Assembly: GCA_963645455.1 (NCBI GenBank)
Contig: CAVITM010000076.1
Coordinates: forward strand, 1-10,206
Source of the DNA: Moraxellaceae bacterium
Lineage (GTDB): Bacteria; Bacillota; Clostridia; Lachnospirales; Lachnospiraceae
Length of the DNA: 10,206 nucleotides
Direction of reading: 5' to 3'
Part shown: in pieces, positions 1 through 5,522 of the stretch
Layout of the letters: each line of letters begins with the position of its first letter
Position numbering within the stretch: position 1 is the stretch's first letter
Program-made: the position numbers and the translations under genes
Notes under the pieces: generated by a model
Told to the model about the DNA's origin: nothing
The model's database searches: none
The model's input: only the letters and a program-made list of their open reading frames with translations

Positions 1-71
1 GGTGACTTAGCCAAGTGGTAAGGCGTGGGACTGCAACTCCCTGATCATCGGTTCAAATCCGTTAGTCACCT
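1..71 (+). tRNA. tRNA-Cys (anticodon GCA), copy 1; window starts exactly at its 5' end
   Basis: 71-nt cloverleaf folded by hand. Acceptor stem GGTGACT/AGTCACC (7 bp). D arm GCCA-AGTGGTA-AGGC, with A13/A22 mismatch and GG in the loop. Anticodon arm TGGGA-CTGCAAC-TCCCT (T33, anticodon GCA, A37). 4-nt variable loop GATC. T arm ATCGG-TTCAAAT-CCGTT. Discriminator T (U73, the classical cysteine identity base). No encoded CCA. Confidence 0.88.
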
Positions 72-101
72 TTTTTCAAAGAAATATCTGTTATACAATG
101 T

Positions 102-172
102 GGTGACTTAGCCAAGTGGTAAGGCGTGGGACTGCAACTCCCTGATCATCGGTTCAAATCCGTTAGTCACCT
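102..172 (+). tRNA. tRNA-Cys (GCA), copy 2
   Basis: Base-for-base identical to copy 1, offset by 101 bp. Confidence 0.88.
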
Positions 173-202
173 TTTTTCAAAGAAATATCTGTTATACAAT
201 GT

Positions 203-273
203 GGTGACTTAGCCAAGTGGTAAGGCGTGGGACTGCAACTCCCTGATCATCGGTTCAAATCCGTTAGTCACCT
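203..273 (+). tRNA. tRNA-Cys (GCA), copy 3
   Basis: Base-for-base identical to copy 1, offset by 202 bp. Confidence 0.88.
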
Positions 274-303
274 TTTTTCAAAGAAATATCTGTTATACAA
301 TGT

Positions 304-374
304 GGTGACTTAGCCAAGTGGTAAGGCGTGGGACTGCAACTCCCTGATCATCGGTTCAAATCCGTTAGTCACCT
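304..374 (+). tRNA. tRNA-Cys (GCA), copy 4
   Basis: Base-for-base identical to copy 1, offset by 303 bp. Confidence 0.88.
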
Positions 375-404
375 TTTTTCAAAGAAATATCTGTTATACA
401 ATGT

Positions 405-475
405 GGTGACTTAGCCAAGTGGTAAGGCGTGGGACTGCAACTCCCTGATCATCGGTTCAAATCCGTTAGTCACCT
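405..475 (+). tRNA. tRNA-Cys (GCA), copy 5
   Basis: Base-for-base identical to copy 1, offset by 404 bp. Confidence 0.88.
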
Positions 476-505
476 TTTTTCAAAGAAATATCTGTTATAC
501 AATGT

Positions 506-576
506 GGTGACTTAGCCAAGTGGTAAGGCGTGGGACTGCAACTCCCTGATCATCGGTTCAAATCCGTTAGTCACCT
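506..576 (+). tRNA. tRNA-Cys (GCA), copy 6 (last of the array)
   Basis: Base-for-base identical to copy 1. It is followed by GAAAAGG... (the terminator hairpin) instead of the TTTTTCAAAG... spacer. Confidence 0.88.
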
Positions 577-577
577 G

Positions 578-624
578 AAAAGGATTGAATTCAAAACGTA
601 ACATTTTGGGTTCAATCCTTTTTT
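578..624 (+). terminator. Long hairpin plus T-tract closing the tRNA array (probable intrinsic terminator, AT-rich so possibly leaky)
   Basis: AAAAGGATTGAA (578-589) pairs with TTCAATCCTTTT (611-622). An inner helix pairs CAAAA (592-596) with TTTTG (604-608), and T590/T591 can wobble with G610/G609. The loop is CGTAACA. The T-tract spans 619-624. Confidence 0.6.
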
Positions 625-650
625 CCTATATAAAAAAGGAGGAGAAGAAC

Positions 651-2312
651 ATGAAAAAAATGTATCAGAAGCTGTTGTCCTTTGCCTTGATGGTGACATT
701 GGCCTTTGGCATTCCGGTGACAGCAGAGGCGGACACCACATCCACCGTAAACAAAAACGATATTGTCATTTTATATGACAATGACGTGCATTGTAACGTA
801 GAGGGCTATGAGGATATGGCCTCATTGAAAAAGGAAATGCAGTCCCAGAGCCGTTATGTTTCTGTGGTTTCCAATGGCGATTATCTTCAGGGCGATGTGA
901 TCGGAGCTATTTCCAAAGGAAAAGCTATCGTTTCCATCATGAATGAGGTGGGCTATGATGTTGTAACCATCGGCAATCATGAGTTTGATTATGGCGTGAA
1001 ACGGCTGAAAAAGCTGATGAAATCCCTGAATGCCACGGTTGTATCCAGCAATTTTGTAAAGAAAAAGACCGGATCACCGGTATTTTCCTCCTATACGATC
1101 AAAAAATATGGAAAAAAGAAGGTAGCCTTTGTCGGGATCACCACGCCGGAGAGCTTCACTTCTTCCACTCCTGCTTATTTTAAAAACAGCAAGGGAAAAC
1201 TGATCTATGGTTTTTGCGGAGATTCCACCGGAAAGCTTTTGGCAGGGCAGGTACAGGAAGCCGTAGACGAAGCACGTGCAGCGGGGGCAGATTATGTAGT
1301 TGCGCTGTCTCATCTTGGAACAGAGGGAGTCACTGCCCAGTGGAGCGCACAGAAGCTGATTCAAAACACTTCCGGCATTGATGTGGTTTTGGACGGACAT
1401 TCCCACAGCACCATCGCATCCATGAAGGTAAAAAATAAAAACGGAAAGAAGATCACACTTTCCTCCACAGGAACCAAATTTGCAAACATCGGTCGTCTGG
1501 TGATCAGCAAAAACGGATCCATTTCTACCACACTTTATCCCATCGATGATGACCATCAATATGCGGATGAAGATACAAAAACCTATATTGACAGTGTGAC
1601 TTCAAAGTATGATAAGCAGTTGGAAAAAGTGATCGGATCCACTGATGTCGAATTGACGATGCTGGATGCGGAAGGCTCCCGTGCGATTCGAAACGCCGAG
1701 ACGAACCTTGGTGATTTTTGTGCAGACGCATTTCGCTATGCGATGGATGCGGATATAGCCATCATAAACGGCGGTGGAATCCGTTCAAGTATTGAAGCGG
1801 GCGATATTACTTACCGGAATTTGATTTCGGTATTTCCCTGGAATAATGAGGTGAGTGTCATTGAAGTAACCGGCCAGCAGCTAAAGGACGCTCTGGAGCT
1901 GGGCGCAAAGAATTATCCCGAAGAAAACGGCGGATTCATGCAGGTTTCCGGCATCAAATATACCATTGATGCTTCGGTTCCTTCGTCTGTTGTGATTGCC
2001 GAGGATTCTGCCATGTTTGAAAAGGTAGACGGCGCATATCGTGTGAAAAATATTAAGGTATGGAATAGTAAAAAGTCGGCCTACGAGCCTCTTAAATTGA
2101 AGAAGACTTATCGATTGGCCGGTATCAATTACACCCTTCGAAAAAATGGCGATGGTTTCACCATGTTTGACGGCTGCAAGCTCATCAAAGACAGCACCAT
2201 GATCGATACGCAGGCGCTGAGCGTTTATCTGTCAGATGTGTTAGATGGTGTCGTTGGAGAAGAATACAGCGACCCGACAGGACAGGGAAGAATTACAATT
2301 GTAAATCAATAA
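651..2312 (+). CDS. Secreted bifunctional metallophosphatase / 5'-nucleotidase family protein (UshA/YfkN-like)
   Basis: Start chosen at ATG 651 (MKKMYQKLL...), 8 nt after AGGAGG (637-642). The N-terminus is a signal peptide (hydrophobic core LLSFALMVTLAFGIPV, AEA-D cleavage-like site). Calcineurin-type motifs are present: NDVH, GDYLQG, GNHEFD, SHLG, GHSH. The C-terminal half looks like a 5'-nucleotidase substrate-binding domain (INGGGIR, FPWNN). No lipobox Cys and no LPXTG motif. Confidence 0.85.
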   Translation: MKKMYQKLLSFALMVTLAFGIPVTAEADTTSTVNKNDIVILYDNDVHCNVEGYEDMASLKKEMQSQSRYVSVVSNGDYLQGDVIGAISKGKAIVSIMNEVGYDVVTIGNHEFDYGVKRLKKLMKSLNATVVSSNFVKKKTGSPVFSSYTIKKYGKKKVAFVGITTPESFTSSTPAYFKNSKGKLIYGFCGDSTGKLLAGQVQEAVDEARAAGADYVVALSHLGTEGVTAQWSAQKLIQNTSGIDVVLDGHSHSTIASMKVKNKNGKKITLSSTGTKFANIGRLVISKNGSISTTLYPIDDDHQYADEDTKTYIDSVTSKYDKQLEKVIGSTDVELTMLDAEGSRAIRNAETNLGDFCADAFRYAMDADIAIINGGGIRSSIEAGDITYRNLISVFPWNNEVSVIEVTGQQLKDALELGAKNYPEENGGFMQVSGIKYTIDASVPSSVVIAEDSAMFEKVDGAYRVKNIKVWNSKKSAYEPLKLKKTYRLAGINYTLRKNGDGFTMFDGCKLIKDSTMIDTQALSVYLSDVLDGVVGEEYSDPTGQGRITIVNQ

Positions 2313-2317
2313 AAAAG

Positions 2318-2343
2318 AAGTGCATGCCGCGGGGCATGCACTT
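2318..2343. terminator. Bidirectional intrinsic terminator between the convergent 5'-nucleotidase and tyrS genes
   Basis: AAGTGCATGCC (2318-2328), loop GCGG, GGCATGCACTT (2333-2343): a GC-rich 11-bp stem. It is flanked by an A-run on the left (a T-run for the minus-strand tyrS transcript) and by CTTTCTATAT on the right. Confidence 0.8.
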
Positions 2344-2358
2344 TCTATATCCAGCCGT

Positions 2359-3585
2359 TTACTCTGCAACAACCTTTGCGAACTTCTTTTTGCCGCGCTT
2401 TACGATCTTGCCGTCGCCTGCAAAATCATCCAGCTTGTAGCTAGCAGCGATATCAGCCACTTTTTCACCATCTACGGTGACGCCGCCCTGCTGTACAGCA
2501 CGTCTGGCATCGGAACGTGTATCACACAGACCTGCTTTTACAAGAACAGCCATGATATCCATGTCGCGCTCTGCAAAATCATCGGCAGTTACGGTTACGG
2601 TTGGCATATTTGCAGTATCGCCGGCACCACAGAACAGTGCCCGGGCGCCCTCCTGTGCTTTGTTTGCTTCCTCTTCGCCGTGTACCAGCTTGGTCAGCTC
2701 ATAGGCAAGAATCTCTTTTGCCTGGTTGAGCTGCGCGCCTTCCCAGTGATCCATCTCGTCGATCTGCTCCAGCGGCAGGAAGGTCAGCATACGAATGCAT
2801 TTTAATACGTCAGAATCAGCCACATTTCTCCAATACTGATAGAAATCAAAAGGAGAGGTCTTGTTGGGGTCAAGCCATACAGCGCCGGACTGGGTCTTGC
2901 CCATCTTTTTGCCCTCGGAATTTAACAGAAGGTTGATGGTCATGGCATAGGCATTTTTGCCCAGCTTGCGTCGGATCAGCTCCGTACCGCCCAGCATGTT
3001 TGACCACTGATCATCACCGCCAAACTCCATGTTGCAGCCGTATTTCTGGTACAGTACATAGAAATCGTAGCTCTGCATGATCATGTAGTTGAACTCCAGG
3101 AAGCTCAAGCCTTTTTCCATACGCTGCTTGTAGCACTCGGCAGTCAGCATACGGTTGACAGAAAAATGCGCGCCGACTTCACGCAGAATGTCGATGTAAT
3201 TCAAATCCAGCAGCCAGTCCGCATTGTTTACCATCAGTGCCTTGTCATCGGAAAAATCGATAAAACGGCTCATCTGCTTTTTAAAGCAGTCCACATTGTG
3301 CTGAATCGTCTCCATGGTCATCATCTGGCGCATGTCAGAGCGTCCGGAGGGATCGCCGATCATGCCGGTACCGCCGCCCAGCAGGGCGATGGGCTTATTG
3401 CCTGCCATCTGCAGACGCTTCATCAGGCACAGTGCCATAAAATGTCCTACATGCAGACTGTCGGCTGTAGGGTCAAAGCCGATGTAGAAGGTCGCTTTTC
3501 CGTTGTTGATGAGATCGCGGATCTCAGCTTCGTCGGTTACCTGGGCGATGAGCCCCCGGGCAACCAGTTCATCATAGATAGTCAT
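2359..3585 (-). CDS. tyrS: Tyrosine--tRNA ligase
   Basis: Start taken at the internal Met ([15 protein letters not shown]...), ATG at 3585-3583 on the minus strand, preceded by GAGGAG. Class I motifs HVGH (HIGH) and KMGKT (KMSKS) are present. The C-terminal S4-like domain reads [16 protein letters not shown]. The 39 extra codons in the ORF track run through the T-box terminator and are not coding. Confidence 0.95.
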   Translation of the reverse strand: MTIYDELVARGLIAQVTDEAEIRDLINNGKATFYIGFDPTADSLHVGHFMALCLMKRLQMAGNKPIALLGGGTGMIGDPSGRSDMRQMMTMETIQHNVDCFKKQMSRFIDFSDDKALMVNNADWLLDLNYIDILREVGAHFSVNRMLTAECYKQRMEKGLSFLEFNYMIMQSYDFYVLYQKYGCNMEFGGDDQWSNMLGGTELIRRKLGKNAYAMTINLLLNSEGKKMGKTQSGAVWLDPNKTSPFDFYQYWRNVADSDVLKCIRMLTFLPLEQIDEMDHWEGAQLNQAKEILAYELTKLVHGEEEANKAQEGARALFCGAGDTANMPTVTVTADDFAERDMDIMAVLVKAGLCDTRSDARRAVQQGGVTVDGEKVADIAASYKLDDFAGDGKIVKRGKKKFAKVVAE

Positions 3586-3620
3586 AGTCTTCTCCTCACT
3601 TTTTTGTATTTGATGGAAAT

Positions 3621-3662
3621 AAAAATAAAAAAACCCTTTTCCGTATATCATACGAAAAAGGG
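3621..3662 (-). terminator. T-box leader intrinsic terminator (attenuator) upstream of tyrS
   Basis: Minus strand: CCCTTTTTCG-TATGATATA-CGGAAAAGGG followed by TTTTTTTATTTTTATTT. The 5' arm (CCCTTTTT) can alternatively pair with the A-run just 5' of the T-box sequence, which would form the antiterminator. Confidence 0.9.
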
Positions 3663-3923
3663 CGATTGTTCGTCGCGTTACCACCTTTTTTTCATCAGTC
3701 ACTCACATGACCGACCTCAACCGGACGTCCATCAACATCCGACCTCTCTAACGGGAGGAACCCGTCGCAGCCTACTACCCGATCCTGCCTCTGATCACAG
3801 CGGATCACGATTCGGTGCGCAGCTTGGAGATGTATTCGTAAAAATTCTGCCTGCGCCTCTCACCAACCGGCTGCTCTCTGTAGGTGAATCTCTCTTACTA
3901 CTTGTTCTCGTCATTGCCTTTGC
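3621..3923 (-). promoter_or_regulatory. T-box riboswitch leader, tyrosine-specific (specifier UAC)
   Basis: Read on the minus strand. Stem I is closed by GCGCA...TGCGC and contains AGAGAG and GGTGAGAG elements. The specifier-loop motif GAA-UAC-A has its UAC at 3834-3832. An F-box-like CCGTTA lies at 3754-3749. The T-box sequence AAGGTGGTAACGCG lies at 3687-3674, and its UGGU bulge would match an A73 discriminator of tRNA-Tyr. The antiterminator top helix is GCGA/TCGC. The terminator follows (separate feature). Confidence 0.9.
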
Positions 3924-3929
3924 GCATTC

Positions 3930-3958
3930 ATTATAAAAACGGATGTTCATTTTGTCAA
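3930..3958 (-). promoter_or_regulatory. Consensus sigma-A promoter for the tyrS T-box leader
   Basis: Minus strand: TTGACA (3958-3953), an exact 17-nt spacer, then TATAAT (3935-3930). An A/T-rich UP-like tract GAAAAATTTTTC sits immediately upstream (3961-3972 region). Confidence 0.85.
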
Positions 3959-4138
3959 GAAAAATTTTTCAGCATCCATAGCTTTTCCATTGACAACGTA
4001 ACTGTTCACTCGTACCTCGTTCCAGTTACATTCGCAGGCTCATTTGAAGTTTTGCTCCGCAAAAGGAGCCTGCTCACTTCTGAATCATGTTCTTACGCAG
4101 CCTGACAGCAAGTGTCCGACTGCTGTGTGAACTGTAAC

Positions 4139-4168
4139 TTGACAACTACTATATAGGAAGGATATGAT
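4139..4168 (+). promoter_or_regulatory. Probable sigma-A promoter of the perR-like gene
   Basis: TTGACA (4139-4144), an 18-nt spacer, then TATGAT (4163-4168). This is about 45 nt upstream of the ATG at 4213. Confidence 0.55.
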
Positions 4169-4212
4169 AAGTAAATAAAATAGGAATCATTATTAGTTAC
4201 GAGGATAAAATT

Positions 4213-4620
4213 ATGATAAAGCACAGCAAGCAGAGAGATTCCATCAATCAGTTTTTAAAGTCGCGCAGGGATCACCCGACCGCGGAGACCATTTATGAAA
4301 ATATTCAGCAGGAGTTCCCCCATATCAGTCTGGGGACAGTCTACCGGAATCTGGCATTGCTGACGAATATCGGCGAGATCCAGACCATCTCCACAGGGGT
4401 GGGGCCGGATCGTTTTGACGGCAATGCTGCGCCGCATTATCATTTTATCTGCAAAAAATGTGGCTGCGTCCAGGATCTCCCGGTACAGAATCTCGACCAT
4501 ATCAACCTGTTAGCCCAGCATGGCTTCGATGGTACGATCGAGGAACACACCGTATTTTTTTACGGAAAATGTGCAGCTTGTGGGAATCGGCAGGGGTTAG
4601 ATATGAGTAACAAAAATTAA
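4213..4620 (+). CDS. perR: Fur-family transcriptional regulator, PerR-like peroxide-stress repressor
   Basis: GAGGA lies 7 nt upstream of the ATG. The winged-helix region reads SLGTVYRNL. Two CxxC pairs (CKKCG, CAACG) form the structural Zn site. Residues align, from my memory of B. subtilis PerR, with the regulatory-metal ligands: DHPTAE (H37), RFD (D85), HYH (H91/H93), VQD (D104). It sits immediately upstream of a rubrerythrin gene, a typical clostridial PerR context. Confidence 0.75.
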   Translation: MIKHSKQRDSINQFLKSRRDHPTAETIYENIQQEFPHISLGTVYRNLALLTNIGEIQTISTGVGPDRFDGNAAPHYHFICKKCGCVQDLPVQNLDHINLLAQHGFDGTIEEHTVFFYGKCAACGNRQGLDMSNKN

Positions 4621-4633
4621 ACATGAAAACTAG

Positions 4634-4662
4634 TTGACACGGAGTCTTTTCTATGTTATAAA
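4634..4662 (+). promoter_or_regulatory. Probable sigma-A promoter of the rubrerythrin gene
   Basis: TTGACA (4634-4639), an exact 17-nt spacer, then TATAAA (4657-4662). No terminator is visible between the perR stop and this promoter. Confidence 0.7.
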
Positions 4663-4745
4663 ATCAGTAACGATTCCTGATTTTAATCAGGAGAGGAAAT
4701 AAGCAAAGAAAATAAACCAATACAAATGAAAGGATGGAAAACATT

Positions 4746-5333
4746 ATGGCAAAGTATGTATGTTCAGTATGCGGATATGTTTATGAGGGAGATTCAGCTC
4801 CGGAGGAGTGCCCGGTATGCCACGTAGGCGCGGATAAATTCAAAAAAGTAGAGGGAGAGATGACACTGGCAGCAGAGCACGAGTATGGCGTATACGCTTC
4901 TACTGTAAAGAACAACCAAGACATCAGCGACGAGGATAAGAAATACATTTTTGAGCAGTTGAAGGCTAACTTCGAGGGCGAGTGCTCAGAGGTAGGTATG
5001 TATCTGTGCATGGCCCGTATCGCCCATCGCGAGGGCTATCCTGAGATCGGCCTCTACTGGGAGAAGGCAGCTTATGAAGAAGCAGAGCACGCAGCAAAAT
5101 TTGCAGAGCTTTTAGGCGAGGATCTCGAGCCCAACATGAAAGCCACCACAAAGGACAACTTAGCATGGAGAGTAGACTGCGAGTTCGGTGCAACCGCAGG
5201 AAAAGTCGATCTGGCAAAATGCGCAAAGAAGAACAACCTCGATGCCATCCATGATACTGTGCATGAAATGGCTCGCGACGAGGCTCGTCACGGCAAGGCA
5301 CTGAAAGGTCTGCTGGAGCGGTATTTCGGATAA
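4746..5333 (+). CDS. rbr: Reverse rubrerythrin (N-terminal rubredoxin-like Cys4 domain plus C-terminal ferritin-like diiron domain)
   Basis: The N-terminus carries CSVCG...CPVCH (a rubredoxin-type FeS4 site). It is followed by a four-helix diiron region with EGECSE, EEAEH, EFGATAG and DEARH (two ExxH motifs). This domain order is the reverse of classical rubrerythrin. I prefer the start at ATG 4746 ([10 protein letters not shown]) over ATG 4734, because the AAAGGA/GGA Shine-Dalgarno overlaps 4734. The start is uncertain by 4 codons. Confidence 0.85.
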   Translation: MAKYVCSVCGYVYEGDSAPEECPVCHVGADKFKKVEGEMTLAAEHEYGVYASTVKNNQDISDEDKKYIFEQLKANFEGECSEVGMYLCMARIAHREGYPEIGLYWEKAAYEEAEHAAKFAELLGEDLEPNMKATTKDNLAWRVDCEFGATAGKVDLAKCAKKNNLDAIHDTVHEMARDEARHGKALKGLLERYFG

Positions 5334-5415
5334 TTCCTGGTGTCCAGAATCAAAAGGTAAAAAGCTGCTTATGCTTGCAAGATAAAGTTTTTGGCTCCAA
5401 TATCATAATTCAAAA

Positions 5416-5452
5416 AGAGGAATGAGCAAAATCACTCACTCCTCTTTTTTTA
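5416..5452 (+). terminator. Intrinsic terminator downstream of rbr
   Basis: AGAGGAATGAG (5416-5426) pairs with CTCACTCCTCT (5435-5445) with one A/C mismatch. The loop is CAAAATCA, followed by a T-run from 5446. Confidence 0.75.
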
Positions 5453-5475
5453 TTAATGAAAAGGAGTTCAACCTG

Positions 5476-5484
5476 TGGTAAAAT
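5476..5484 (+). promoter_or_regulatory. Possible extended -10 promoter for the PHP phosphatase gene
   Basis: TGgTAAAAT (TG at 5476-5477, hexamer TAAAAT at 5479-5484), about 38 nt upstream of ATG 5523. There is only a weak -35 (ATGAAA) at 17-nt spacing. Confidence 0.3.
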
Positions 5485-5522
5485 GCGGGTGTCATATTAA
5501 GGAAAGATAGAGGAAAAATCAC

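Larger units (their letters stand above)
1..576 (+). repeat. Perfect tandem repeat with a 101-bp period (71-nt tRNA-Cys plus 30-nt spacer TTTTTCAAAGAAATATCTGTTATACAATGT): five full units plus a sixth tRNA
   Basis: Units start at 1, 102, 203, 304, 405 and 506. I found no mismatch between units when comparing them line by line. The array is truncated at the window's 5' edge, so the true copy number may be higher. Confidence 0.95.

Noticed and set aside
1-576. A regular repeat-spacer pattern that could superficially resemble a CRISPR array
   Set aside because: The spacers are all identical to each other. The repeat unit folds as a complete tRNA with a GCA anticodon. The repeat is 71 nt, far longer than CRISPR repeats. 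There is no leader or cas context.
585-650. N-terminal 22-codon extension of the 5'-nucleotidase ORF (MNSKRNILGSILFSYIKKEEKN) in the ORF track
   Set aside because: The ATG at 585 lies inside the terminator hairpin and has no SD. The internal ATG at 651 has a strong AGGAGG and begins a canonical signal peptide.
1074-1731. Minus-strand ORFs 1074-1559 and 1525-1731 inside the 5'-nucleotidase gene
   Set aside because: They are antisense shadows of a CDS with clear family motifs. They have no SD and no recognisable motifs.
3586-3702. 39-codon N-terminal extension of the tyrS ORF
   Set aside because: It runs through the T-box terminator and T-box sequence. The internal Met at 3585 has a GAGGAG SD and matches the usual TyrRS N-terminus.
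3880-3882. A second UAC triplet in T-box stem I (CACCUACAGAGAG) as a possible specifier
   Set aside because: It lies on the 5' side of stem I, next to the AGAGAG element, and lacks the preceding GAA and the 3'-side specifier-loop position. The GAA-UAC-A at 3837-3831 fits the canonical geometry.
2320-3936. Plus-strand ORFs 2320-2805, 2477-2704 and 3166-3936, antisense to tyrS and its leader
   Set aside because: They are shadow ORFs opposite a well-supported gene. Their composition is low-complexity or Cys/His-rich, they have no SD, and one crosses the T-box leader and promoter.
3884-4105. 73-aa plus-strand ORF spanning the tyrS promoter and the divergent intergenic region
   Set aside because: No SD. 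It starts inside the T-box leader on the opposite strand, crosses a consensus promoter, and its sequence is Ser/Leu/Phe-rich without motifs.
4087-4137. 16-aa mini-ORF MFLRSLTASVRLLCEL downstream of an AAAGGAG
   Set aside because: The SD-like sequence is 19 nt from the ATG (too far) and is itself part of a predicted hairpin. There is no independent support for it.
4734-4745. ATG 4734 (MENIMAK...) as the rubrerythrin start
   Set aside because: The only SD-like purine run (GAAAGGA, 4728-4734) overlaps this ATG. ATG 4746 is better spaced. This is kept as an alternative start rather than excluded outright.
1-5333. A functional link between the tRNA-Cys array and the nearby PerR/rubrerythrin (cysteine/redox theme)
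   Set aside because: The loci are separated by two unrelated transcription units with their own terminators. The idea rests on thematic association only, with no sequence evidence.
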